64,000 bases of DNA from Strigamia acuminata. Its lineage: Eukaryota. Positions 46,458 through 57,703 of the stretch are shown one piece after another; position 1 is the first letter of the stretch, and every line of letters starts with the position of its first letter. Below the pieces are notes generated by a model, which ran no database searches, was not told where the DNA came from, and saw only the letters and a program-made list of their open reading frames with translations. The stretch lies in assembly GCA_949358305.1 (NCBI GenBank), contig OX442314.1, forward strand, positions 558,001 to 622,000. The letters are read 5' to 3'. Made by a program: the position numbers and the translations under genes.

Positions 46458-48482
46458 ACTGTACTTTGTATATGTGTGATAATCCAATTGTGAATTGCAA
46501 GGGTTTGTCGAGCGATTCGATCATCTTCATCTTTATCGGACTGAAGAGTTCGCCGGTGGACCAATATTTCATCTGTAATTTATATTTTATAAATATTTGA
46601 GGCATTTTTTTCCTTACTTTTTACCATAAGAGGAAAATAAAATGGTTTCTGCATTTTCAGTCTGCCAGGGAAAACGTTGTCCAAGTACCAAGTGAAAGCG
46701 GAAAAGAAAATGGCGTCAACGAACCATATTGTGAAAATATGAGCGAGCGTCACCGAGTCCAAGTATTCGTATTCGGTCGTGGTCAAATATTCCCATTGCA
46801 TTCCTAAACCTGATTCAAAAGTATTAAAAAAATATATACAAAGAGTGTAATTATTGTTTACGTCGAGCTTCGTAAGTTGAAATGATGTGTATGGCCCAAT
46901 ACAAGGCGGAATTGGGGAACAAACAAGTGAGCAATTGAAAATGCGAAGCGATCAAATCGCCCGGCTCTAACTCCATTTTTAATTTCGCTTCGTCCAACGA
47001 CATCGGGAGGATCAAAGTGACCAGCGAAAATAAACACCAAACCGGCCACGCCAATTCATCTGAAATCAATAAATTATTTATTTATTTATTTATTATGAGT
47101 AATAATGATTCGTTACCGTTTTCAATGAGACAACTGAAGAACAGACAAGCTGTTAGCGAAACGACGAAATAGATGAAAAGTGTGAGGAAAATAACGTAGA
47201 CGCAAGTGGACGGAAACACGGGTCCGTCGGAAGTGACCGAGCACTTGAGTAGTAAAAGAATGGCAAGAATGTTGCAAAGTAAAATGAGGAATTCGTGGGA
47301 AAACCAACTCAACCACTGCATCCAGCGGCTAATTCCTTTCAACTGCAGTAAGTTCTAAAAGTGTAATTATATACAAACATTAAGTTGTCAACTAATTGTT
47401 TACTGCCATTTTTAAATCTTGTTTGGCCCGCATTTCTATGTTAGAAATAAAAATTTGAAATTTCATTTAAGAAAATTTGAAAAATATTCATTTTTTCAAA
47501 ATTTATTTAATTCAATTTTCCCATCTTTTCAAAATTTATTCAATTCAATTTTTCCATTTTTTCAAAATTTATTCAATCCAATTTTTCCAATTTTGGAAAA
47601 TTTATTTAATTCAATTTTTCTATCTTTTCAAAATTTATTCAATTCAATTTTTCCACCTTTTCAAAATTTATTCATTCCAATTTTTCCATTTATTCAAAAT
47701 TTATTCAATTCAATTTTTCCATCTTTTCAAAATTTATTCGTTCCAATTTTTCCATTTTTTCAAAATTTATTCAATTCAATTTTTCCAATTTTTTCCAATT
47801 TATTCAATTCAACTTTTCCATCTTTTCCAAATTTATTCAATTCAATTTTTCTATTTTTTCAAAATTTATTCAATTCAATTTTTCCAATTTTTCAAAATTT
47901 GGAAAATGTATTCAATTTGTTGGAAAATGTGGAAAATGTATTCAATTTGTTGGAAAATTTGGAAAATCTATTCAATTTGTTTGAAAATTGGGAAAATCTG
48001 TTTGAAAATTGGGAAAATCTGTTTGAAAATTTGGAAAATCTGTTTGAAAATTTGGAAAATCTGTGTTCAATTCATTCAATTTGTTTGAAATGTGCAAGAT
48101 TTACCCAAATCCCTCTCGTTTTCTCTTTAGTAATCGGTTTAACGATCGTGAGCGGCAGAAACAACGTCGTCAAAACGATGCTGAGCGGAAGAACCATTTG
48201 CACAGTGCTCAAAAACCTTAACGTTTCATGCTCGTCCATCATCAATCTAATTCGCCCAACCTCTCTTCCTCTCGCCTTCCTCGGCCCGATGCCCAACGAA
48301 ACCACCGACAAAAACAAGAGCCACGGAACGACCAACTGCGCGCCGGTCACGACCGATTTCGACCTGCGATGTCGCCAATTCTTCCAAAACAAAAGCCGCC
48401 ATTTTTCGCACAAAGAAACCTGCTTCAACGTGGGAATCGTCGGCGACAAATCCACCGAACTCGACAGCGCGTACTTCGACAT
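38351..48482 (-). CDS. Divergent ABCA-subfamily full transporter (TMD-NBD-TMD-NBD) with minimal ectodomains and degenerate NBDs
   Basis: LLFWKNWRHRR, WYLDNVFPG, GFCPQ, IILDEPT, GAGYNL, GLFYKRW, FPVEERTSQFKKLQMMSGV, GYCPQ, LLLDEPTTGFD, YSLSRTTVAEMLF are ABCA3-like landmarks; the exon joins checked (NBD1 and NBD2 regions) are in frame. Confidence 0.85.
39199..39687. mobile_element. Helentron-associated (HINE/DINE-1-like) element
   Basis: Subterminal IR TTAGACTTCTAAAC / GTTTAGAAGTCTAA, 3' hairpin, and a CGGACGGACGAACAGACATG simple-repeat block typical of DINE-1-like elements. Confidence 0.55.
40835..41505. mobile_element. Cluster of short hAT-type MITEs in an ABCA intron
   Basis: CAGTGCTGGACTGG...CCAGTCCAGCCCTG (40835-41009; end shared with ~17248); CAGGGCCGTC...GTGCCTG at 41330-41505 with 8-bp TSD GTTAAAAT. 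Confidence 0.7.
42700..43343 (+). pseudogene. MULE/Mutator-like transposase remnant (SWIM finger, AT-hook), antisense in an ABCA intron
   Basis: TNNGLEATNSIIK, CTCPVFAKIYICKH (SWIM CxCxnCxH), KRKRGRP; interrupted by stop codons. Confidence 0.75.
43996..45173. mobile_element. Three-level nested MITE stack
   Basis: Outer IR TACTCTAGCTCACTATAACTTGGGCCTATTTCCCATTGGCTGA; Harbinger-like GGGGCCGTCCATAAATTACGTA element 44290-45064 with AAA TSD; TA-flanked CCGTATTACCCCGCCTATTGC element 44581-45042 containing a tandem array. Confidence 0.85.
47490..48070. repeat. 33-bp, 30-bp and 21-bp tandem arrays in ABCA intron 1
   Basis: (TTTCAAAATTTATTCAATTCAATTTTTCCATCT)n, then (GAAAATTTGGAAAATCTGTTT)n; these explain the repetitive 365-aa and 203-aa ORFs. 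Confidence 0.85.
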
Positions 48483-48615
48483 ATTCAAGCACTTGCCCTC
48501 AAAATCGAATCAATAAGCAAACAATGCCATTACTAATACCATAGTTTACCTTTATTACGCGATAATTAAATTAGATACAATGCAAAAGCCTATTTTTATT
48601 TATTTCTTTTATATT

Positions 48616-49117
48616 TTATGTCGATGATTGTTTGTAGTTTTTAGTGTCGAGCATTTTCTTACCGCACATTGCGCAGATGCCTTTCTTGTACGCACACGCT
48701 GGCAAATAAGACATTATTATTAAAATATTATTATTGTTTGTAATTTGTAATTTTACCTTGACAGTAACGAGAGCCGACTTGGTGCACTTGTTGGCGACAT
48801 ATTCGGCACTGTGCGAATGTGGTGTATGGGACGAATCGCGCTTTTTTCGCCGTTAGTGCTTTGTTTTCGTTCACTTTGCGACCTCCGCTTTCTGCGAAAC
48901 CAAAGAAATTCTAAACACGAACATAAAGTACGAAAGAAATCAATTAATTCTTAATTACCCGTTGTGTTGCGTGCGCCCGTTTTCCATGGATCCGGGGTTA
49001 TCACTTTACCTAGTTTCTTTTCACCTGCGAATTAAATAACGTAATTTTTTATTTATTGGCTATTCTTTAAAATTGTAGGTTTTTAACCTACCGCTACTTA
49101 CATTTATCGCAAACCAT
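48616..49117 (-). CDS. CRIPT: Cysteine-rich PDZ-binding protein
   Basis: Four exons (49117-49102, 49024-48959, 48891-48757, 48698-48616) translate to MVCDKCEKKLGKVITPDPWKTGARNTTESGGRKVNENKALTAKKARFVPYTTFAQCRICRQQVHQVGSRYCQACAYKKGICAMCGKKMLDTKNYKQSST*. Confidence 0.96.
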
Positions 49118-49994
49118 TTTAGGACTAGGAATCACCTAGCGACGAGTTCTTAAATGGACGGATGACGTTTGAATCGTATCGGTTGAACGGTAGTATAAAT
49201 AGGGGTTGAGTCAACTTGTGACGTCATTTCAACGCGTATTAGAGGATTCCGTCGCACGCACTCTGTGAACCCCGTAGGATCTGCAAGCTAGCATAGCGGT
49301 TCGGTTGTTCAGACATTGTTACTTCTGTCCTTTTTGGTGTGGTTTTCCTCAATCTTCTGAAGCGTTGACGGCGAAAAAGTATTTTCCGGACTCTTCTGGT
49401 AACCTAGCGATTAATATTTTTCTCGAATTCACAGTTTAGAATGCATAAAAATTGCCAAATGGTCGGAGAATGCTTCTGTTTGAAATGCGTGTGACGTCAC
49501 ACAAAAATAGAAAATACAAAGCACGAAACTCCGTTTTTTGCCATACGAAAAATGCAGATATGTTGTTTTTAAAAAAAAGACGGAATTCGGTCCGACTACC
49601 GTTCGATTTCCGTTTGTATACGCAGTAGGAAAAAAAAAGCAGATGCAAAGTTGAAGGTGATTGAAAAACAAGTCTACGACTTAAGCCTAAAAGCAAATGG
49701 CGGAGCCCGCACTTTAGCCGGTTGTGTCCTTCTTCTTCAGCTTCATTCAGCTTCCTCGACAGTTTTCGTCGATTTCCAAGCGAAATTAGCAAAAATTCAA
49801 GTGCAAAATGGAGGAAAGAGAAAGAAAAGACAAATTAACGTTTCCGTTTCGCGACTTAAACTGCAATTTGTCGATTAAGACTTAAGAAAGAGAAAATCTA
49901 AAAAATCTAAAAAATAGAAAAAAAGAAAGATTGATGTTGTTGTGTTGTTATCGATTGAACGATTTGGAGATGAAATTTGTTTTGCAGATAAAAA

Positions 49995-50714
49995 ATGTCG
50001 CGAAGCTCGACCGGAAGTCGTGTATACGTTGGCGGACTGGTGGATAGTGTGAGGAAAGAAGACTTGGAAAAAGAGTTTTCCAAGTTCGGCAAACTGAACC
50101 ACGTGTGGGTGGCGTGGAACCCGCCGGGATTCGCCTTCATCGAGTTCGACGATGAGCGCGACGCCCAGGAAGCCGTGCGAGCCATGAACGGGCAAGACAT
50201 GTGCGGATCCCGACTGCGAGTGGAGCTGTCGCGCGGACGAGGCCGCGGCGGCGGCGGCGGCGGCGGGATGCGCGGCGGCTCCCGAGGAGGCCGCGGCGGA
50301 CGAGGCGGACGACGAGACTCGCGCGGCGGCGGCGGTGGCGGCCGCGGAGGAGGAGGCGGCGGAGGCGGAGGAATGTTCCGCGGCTCGGGCGGCAGTCGAG
50401 GCGGCGGCGGAGGCGGAGGGATGCACGGCGGCGGAGGTGGAGGACGCGGCGGAATGAGGGATCGCGGCCGCTCGTCGTTCGGCGGCTCGGGCGGATTCAA
50501 CCGCGGCGCCCGAAGAGACCGCTACATGCAAAACGGACCGAGTTCGTACAAAGAAATGAGTAGTGGAGGAGGCGGCGGCGGAGGAGGAGGAGGAGGTGGA
50601 CGCAGCGACAGAGATCGCTACAACGGGCAATACGATAGTGGAGATGGCTACTATTCCTCACGATCACCCATGTCGAGCAGTTATCGCAGTCGATCGCCAT
50701 TAGGCCGCAGGTAA
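49995..50714 (+). CDS. Rsf1: RRM + RGG/Gly-rich SR-like protein (Rsf1-like, SRSF3/7-type RRM)
   Basis: RVYVGGL, VWVAWNPPGFAFIEF, RLRVELSRG, a long GR/RGG tail and terminal YRSRSP, the same layout as Drosophila Rsf1; acceptor TTTTGCAG just before the ATG. Confidence 0.8.
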   Translation: MSRSSTGSRVYVGGLVDSVRKEDLEKEFSKFGKLNHVWVAWNPPGFAFIEFDDERDAQEAVRAMNGQDMCGSRLRVELSRGRGRGGGGGGGMRGGSRGGRGGRGGRRDSRGGGGGGRGGGGGGGGGMFRGSGGSRGGGGGGGMHGGGGGGRGGMRDRGRSSFGGSGGFNRGARRDRYMQNGPSSYKEMSSGGGGGGGGGGGGRSDRDRYNGQYDSGDGYYSSRSPMSSSYRSRSPLGRR

Positions 50715-51882
50715 CAAAACAACCACTAAAGTGAATGAAAAACAAAACAAAAAATCTCAAATGTCAAATATGAATCACAATTTTCTCCTCTTCTTCCTCC
50801 GTTGTCTAATCAATTCTATATCACAGTTTGCAGTTTATAGAGTGAATTATTCAGAGATGCGAACGAATGATCGACGAAGATTTTTACATTTTACATTTTT
50901 TTTTACAAAACGTCATTATTTTTATTTTTTATTTTTTTTATTTTTTATTTTTTATTTTTTTATCTTGCATGTTTCTCGTTATTAGCCGAACCGAACGATC
51001 GAATATAAGCCCGAGAAGCGAATGAAACACACACAAAAAATCTATAAAAATGAATGTAGAAAAAGAGAAAAATATAGCAAAAAATTGCCCGCTTCATTGA
51101 TGAAAACATACCTGCTTTGAAATCGAGTGTTACTTTGCTGAATTTCATAAAAATGACTAAAAAGTGCTCCGAAATCTATTTATTCATTCGTTGATTCATT
51201 GAATTTTTTGTCGATTGAAACTCTGTTGAAATACAACAAGTAACACTTGCTCCTTTAGTGAACGATATCTCTATCCTAAACGATCCTATATGAAAAAGTG
51301 CAAAAATCGAATAATATTGAGTGATTTTCAGCGAATCGACCGCATAACTTCTCCACGAACGACCGAACGAACGACCAATCGACAAAGCGACAAATTGTTT
51401 AATTGATGATTTTATTCACTTACTTGATTGATAAAACTTGTGCTCTGCCTTGGTTCTCTTCTCGTGACAGAGATTACTCGAGCTCCAATGATTATTCCTC
51501 ATCTTCCCGCAACTACGGATCTTCTTCACGCGATGGTGGTGGTGGTGGTGGAGAGTATGAAATGAGCAGGTAGATAGATACAAACGAGATACACGAGTGA
51601 AATGAAACAAACAAATACCTCTGCCAAAACTAATCCTTCGCACCGATATAAATTTAAAACGCAAATCGAGAGAGAGAAAGAGAGAGAGACGTTGCATTTA
51701 TGTTAATTCAATTAATTGCTTCTGAAGATTGAGTGTAAAACTGGCGCCTTGTTGGGAGGAAAAAGGAAGTGCTGCAGTTGTGTGTGTAGAATTAATTAAA
51801 TGTGGTTGTGGGTAAGTTTGCGTGACGATTGATTTGAGTTTAAATTTTTAAATCTTTTTTAATTTAATTTCTTTAATGCATT

Positions 51883-54800
51883 TCACTTGATTCTGGCTAG
51901 AACTGCCGACCTCCTGTCCGTGTTCTGGAACAGTGCTCTAATCACTTGTTTGGTTTCGTTGGCAGTGAACTCATGGGCTAAAGGCCCTTTGCCTTCTGCC
52001 CAGCGCTCCAAGATGTCGTTCATACTGGCCGCTAACATCAGAAGCAACTCTTTGAATTTCATCCATTTCGGCACACATCGACAGACATCGGCAGACACTA
52101 CTGAATTCTTCTTCTTCTTCTCATCATCGTTACCGTAGTCGCTTAATGGCTGAATACAAACAAGAAAACAAGAAAAACAAAAACGACTAAAGGGATATTT
52201 CATAGATAATCATTATTTCTCTTAATTTCCTTTTTTTAATTTTATTTAAACGTGTATAAGAATTTAAATTAAAGAAATACCTGAAACAAGTTTGGTGTCC
52301 TGTGAATGACCACGCCGAACGCGGCTGTCAGTTGCGCCGTGCTGGTGGACGGGATGTCCTCTTGGCGCACGATCTGACCGATGAGTTCGTCCAGAAGGGA
52401 GTCGACGAGGGCGCCCGTAGCTTGCTGGTAGACGGTGCGAGGGAGCACGGGTTGCCACACGCGTTGGAGGTGCTCGAGTTGGTAGAGGCACTGCTTGAGA
52501 GCGCGTTCGAGGGAAGCGGTCGCGTTGTGGAGACTGCCGACGCCGCGCACGATCTCGACGAGTTGCTTCTTTTGGGCCGCCACTTGCGATTGGAAGGTGT
52601 CCGAGCCGGAGGATCGAAGTCGGGGCACGAGGTCGACGAAGGTGACGGAGTTGTCTTGGAGAGAGGCGCGGAGTCGCGACGAATACTCGTGGCCTAAAGT
52701 GATGAGGTGGTGCGCCAGGTACATGCAGTTGTTGTGGTGGAGAGCTGTAATTCATTCAATCAATTAATTAATTTGGTTTTGTTTAATTTATTTATTTGCC
52801 TAACACTCCGAGACTTACGGTAAACCTCGTTTTTAATGGCACGTCGGTGTTTTTTAAAAGAATTTAGCCAAAAAAATCAATTTTAGATGTCCAAAATGTA
52901 CGAAATTGGTATAAATTTTTCCAAATTTTAGTAATACCGTATATTTGTAAATAGTGCATCCGTGCGCTATTAGAAAAAAAATATTTTGACCCGCACAACG
53001 AAAAACACCTAAAAGTGTGACAATTGAGACGTTTTCCATAAGTTTTGATAATTTTCTGCCGAAACGTATGTAAAACGTGTCATTTGTCATCCTTTTTTGG
53101 CACATTTCGGCCCTCCAATTGTGTACCCGCGGGCTATTAGAGGCCCGCGTAGTAATCGATAATATACGGTAATCTCCAGAATATGAATAAAACTCAAATT
53201 TCAGACCCAAAATCCAATATAATTATTCATCCGGGCTCTTTTAAAGAAGAAACGGTTTTTCGCTTATATCGACATGTTTCGTTTTCTATGGGTTTACACT
53301 TTTTAAACAAAATTTAGCTTTTAAAATTGGCTTCAATTCAACCGTGTTTTCCTCAGCTCACCTGCTTATCCGAGTGTGATTGCACTGCGACAGTCTGTTT
53401 ATTTGAGCAGACCATAAGTGTTTTCACCACTGCCGCCATTTCAGATTTCACAGTGAAACTTGAGAAACACATCCGGCTAATCCAGCCAGGCTAGCAAATT
53501 ATTTCGTTTTATGACTTATACATTTTTATTTCATCGGAGTGTTAAGAATAAATAAATAAATGAATGTGTAATTTCTTTTGCCTCCCGATTTGTGAATATT
53601 TACCTGCAACTTGTGGTAGCATGGTGAGGTTCTGTTTGTGATAGACCGGAACAATGGCGCAAAACAACTCGAACATGTTCCTCACCGTGTAGAACAAACG
53701 GACGGCGCACATGGGCGAACTCTCGCACGCCTCGTTCAAGATTTCGTACGCGAAATCCATCAACTGCTGCACCGAACGACTGAAACACAAAATCCAATCA
53801 AAACAAACCACAAAAGACAAAACCAACTCCCGTATATCTTCTAATTGCACTATTTGCAAAACAATCATTTTCTGCGCCACTTTTATTAAATTTTACTTTT
53901 CTCCCGCGTACTATTAGAGAATCAGAAGATATAGGGTAGTCAGTGTTGTATCTAGTTCACTAAATTGTGAACGCGTTCACGTTCAGATTTTTACAAAGTG
54001 AATTTGTTCAAGTTCATGAACTTCAGTGTTGTATCTCGTTCACCAAATCGCGAACTAGTTCAAGTCCGCGTTCACGTTCACTACAATTTTTTTCAAAGTG
54101 AACTAAGTTCAAGTTCACGAACTTGAACCAAAATGAACGTTTTGATGACGAAAACGTCATCATTTAAAACCGATGCAAAAAGTTACGTTTTTGCGACGTC
54201 TTCGTCATCAAACATGGTCAACGTGAACTTCGTTCAAGTTCACTCTTAAAAGTGAACTTAGTTTGATTTTAATCAAAATTTTGACGACATTAATCATAAT
54301 TTGTCAATTGTAATCAAAATATGTCGATTTTATTCAAAATTTTGACGATTTTAATCAAAATTTGTCGATTTTAATCATAATAATATCGATTTTATTCAAA
54401 ATTTTGACGATTTTAATCAAAATTCTGACGATTTTAATCAAAATTCTGACGATTTTAATCAAAATTCTGACGATTTTAATCATAATTTGTCGATTTTAAT
54501 CATAATAATATCGATTTTATTCAAAATTTCGACCATTTTAATCAAAATTTCGACAATTTTAATCAAAATTTCGACCATTTTAATCAAAATTTCGACCATT
54601 TTAATCAAAGTTACGACCATTTTAATAAAAATTTCGACCATTTTAATAAAAATTTCGACCATTTTAATCAAAATTTCGACCATTTTAATCAAAATTTCGA
54701 CCATTTCAATCAAAATTTCGACCATTTTAATCAAAATTTCGACCATTTTAATCAAAATTTCGACAATTTTAATCAAAATTTCGACCATTTTAATCAAAAT

Positions 54801-57496
54801 TTCGACCATTTTAATCAAAGTTACGACCATTTTAATAAAAATTTCGACCATTTAAATCAAAATTTCGACCATTTAAATCAAAATTTCGACCATTTAAATC
54901 AAAATTTCGACCATTTAAATCAAAATTTCGACCATTTAAATCAAAATTTCGACCATTTAAATCAAAATTTCGACCATTTAAATCAAAATTTCGACCATTT
55001 TAATCAAAATTTCGACCATTTCAATCAAAATTTCGAACATCAAACATGGTGAACGTGAACTTCGTTCAAGTTCACTCTTAAAAGTGAATTAGTTCCAATT
55101 TTTCGTTCGCTACAACAAAACTACCTGATTTGACAGGTGGGAAAAACAAAAACGTTGTTCAATTTATTGCCGCCGTGCGACGGTTTCGACTCCGACTCCG
55201 ACTCCGACTTCGACTTCGACTTCGCGTCGGACGTCAACTGCACCGCGTCGTGCAGCTGCAGCAACATGAGCTTCCTCGCCTTGTCCAGCACGTCGCGACA
55301 CATTTTATTCGCGAAAAGCGTGTCCACATTGCGCGCGTACTCCAAAATATTCTTCTGCTCGGCGTGCAGGAACCCGACCGACACGAGAAACTCCTGGAAC
55401 CGACACGTCTCCTCAATGATCCGATAGAAATCCTGCAAATCGTTCTTATTGGACGGGATGGCGAGCGTCAAACAATCCTTGATGAGCAAATCCGAGAAAT
55501 CCGACCCAATCACGCGTCCCAACGCCGCCATGAGCGAAACCCCAGAGCCCAACGTCACCCCGAACGCCGAATCCACCAAAAACCGGAAAAACACCCTCAA
55601 GTTCTCGAACGTCTCGAACGGCGTCGCGCGCTCGTTGGCCGCCACTTTCATGTCGAAGCGCCCCTCGCGGACGTGGATTCGCACCGCATTGTTGATGGCG
55701 GGTTTGCACACGTTGGCCATCACGTGGGCGGCGAAACTCGCGAGTTTGGTGTCGAGGTAGTTGAGGAGTTGCATGGCGCGCACCAAACTCTCCATTTCGC
55801 CGTGATCCGGGCACTTGATCTTGAGCCGCACGTCGTCCTTCGAGACGCTCCACGCGATCTTCTGCTTCCAGATGTCGCCGAGGTCGTAGGTGAGTTTCTC
55901 GCGCCGGATCACGTATTCGGTTTTGAGCGCCTTGAAGATCTTCACTTGTTTCTCGCAAGGGTTCGCTTTGTCGGCGAGCATGCGCTGGATCTTTTCGAGG
56001 CTCTCGGCGGCCGGCAGGTATTTTTTGTCGACGAGATCGTCGTTGATTTTCTCGAGGAGGCGATGGATTTGCACCATTTTGTCGACTACTTGTAAGGTGA
56101 TGCTCACGTCGATGAGGTTCGTCGAGAGGCCTTTGATTTCGCTCGTCGAGATTTGCAGTTCACATTTGATCTGCAATTTTTGTGATAAATAATAATAAAT
56201 AATGAATAATTGTTAATTTAGCGGCATTTTAAAAGCGTTTAAACGTTTTTTTGTGGTTTTTGTACAACAAATTGATCGATTATTGATTTTTTCGCAATAA
56301 TTTGATCAATTAGTGTGTTGCATATTCATTTTTATGGTGGTTTTAAGAATGAATTGATCAATTATTGCGTTTTATTTCAATTTTTCGGGGGTTTTACGTA
56401 ATAAAATTGATGAATTCATGCGTTTTATTCAATTTTCAGGGGGTTTCTTGCAATAATTTGATAAATTTTTGTGTTTTTTCAAATTTTTAAGGTGTTTTAC
56501 GCAATAAATTAAAAGATTATTGCGTTTTTTGTGGTTTTTATACAACAAATTGATCAATTATTTAATTATTTATTTAACTTTTCGATTTTTTTTCGCAATA
56601 ATTTGATAAATTATTGTGTTTAGTTTATTTTTTTGGTGTTTTTAAGTATAAATTGATCAATTATTGAGTTTTATTTCAATTTTTCGGAGGTTTCACATAA
56701 TAAAATTGATGAATCCATGCTTTTTATTCAATTTCCAAGGGGTTTTACGCACTAAATTAAAAAATTATTGCGTTTTTTATGGTTTTATACAACAAATTGA
56801 TCAATAATTGCTTTTATTTAACTTTTCGTTTTTTTTTCGCAATAATTTGATAAATTATTGTGTTTAGTTTATTTTTTTGGTGTTTTTAAGTATAAATTGA
56901 TCAATTATTGCGTTTTATTTCAATTTTTCGGGGGTTTCAAATAATAAAATTGATGAATCCATGCTTTTTATTCAATTTCCAAGGGGTTTTACGAACTAAA
57001 TTAAAAAATTATTGCGTTTTTTGTGGCTTCTATACCACAAAATGATCAATAATTGAGTTTTAATGAATTTTTCCGAGCTTTTACGCAATTCTTTGGTAAT
57101 TTATTGTGTTGCATATTCATTTTTATGGTATTTTAAAAAAAAATTGATCAATTATTGCTTTATATTCAATTTTCAGAGATTTTTTAGTCTCTTTTTTGTT
57201 ACTTGTGTTTCCAGCCTCTTTCGCAGCGTGTCGATCTCGTTCGTGGCCGAACATATTCGACTCGAGAGGTCGATCGTCTCCGACAGCCAGGGGAAGAACG
57301 TAATGTATCGACTGTCCAGAGTGTCTTGTACTTGATTCTTCACGTCGTCGACGTGTTTCATTAACTTGCTGATTTTTTCCGACAAATCGTCTTTAGCTAG
57401 ATTACCTACACACGAAACTCTTTTTAGTCGTCGATCGGTTTAAAATCGTGTCAACTAACCTGTGGACGTTAATACTTCCGTCACTATTGATGCCAT
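51883..57496 (-). CDS. ZW10: Centromere/kinetochore and ER-tether protein ZW10
   Basis: MASIVTEVLTSTG start; FPTCQI; LFYTVRNMFELFCAIVPVYHKQNL; HNNCMYLAHHL; KWMKFKEL...ERWAEGKGPLAHEF...IRALFQNTDRRSAVLARIK*; 6 exons. Confidence 0.95.
52804..53541. mobile_element. Non-autonomous element with CACTCCGA termini (piggyBac-like)
   Basis: CTAA-CACTCCGA...TCGGAGTG-TTAA in a ZW10 intron. Confidence 0.5.
53941..55117. mobile_element. hAT-like MITE(s) with an expanded 21-bp minisatellite
   Basis: CAGTGTTGTATCT termini at 53941 and ~54025, GTTCAC/GTGAAC subterminal motifs, (TTTTAATCAAAATTTCGACCA)n at ~54265-55035. Confidence 0.7.
56240..57170. repeat. ~244-bp tandem repeat in a ZW10 intron
   Basis: TTTGATAAATTATTGTGTTTAGTTTATT recurs at 56602 and 56846; shorter internal subunits. 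Confidence 0.75.
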
Positions 57497-57703
57497 CGCA
57501 GCAAATTTACACTTACGAGCGGGAAATTAATTTTAAAAATTGAGTTTATATTTCAAACGTTACATTTATATGTCGTTGGATGTAGATAGACCGGATCACT
57601 AGTGGTGTCGGGCTAGCCAGAGAAAGAATCCGCTAGTTGGGAAATTTCTCGCGGAGTGTCTCGGTGATTTGTCTCGAGTGACGTCATATCGTGAGTTGTC
57701 AAC
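57497..57703. promoter_or_regulatory. Bidirectional promoter between ZW10 and SCFD1
   Basis: Divergent ATGs with 207 bp between them; palindromic TGACGTCA at 57679. Confidence 0.75.

Noticed and set aside
47419..48516. 365-aa and 203-aa repetitive ORFs (likewise 1195-1843, 19862-20324, 54480-54855)
   Set aside because: Translations of minisatellites whose unit length is divisible by 3, partly antisense to real exons.
55185..55225. SKSKSESESES insert in ZW10
   Set aside because: Simple hexanucleotide slippage in a variable loop; frame preserved.
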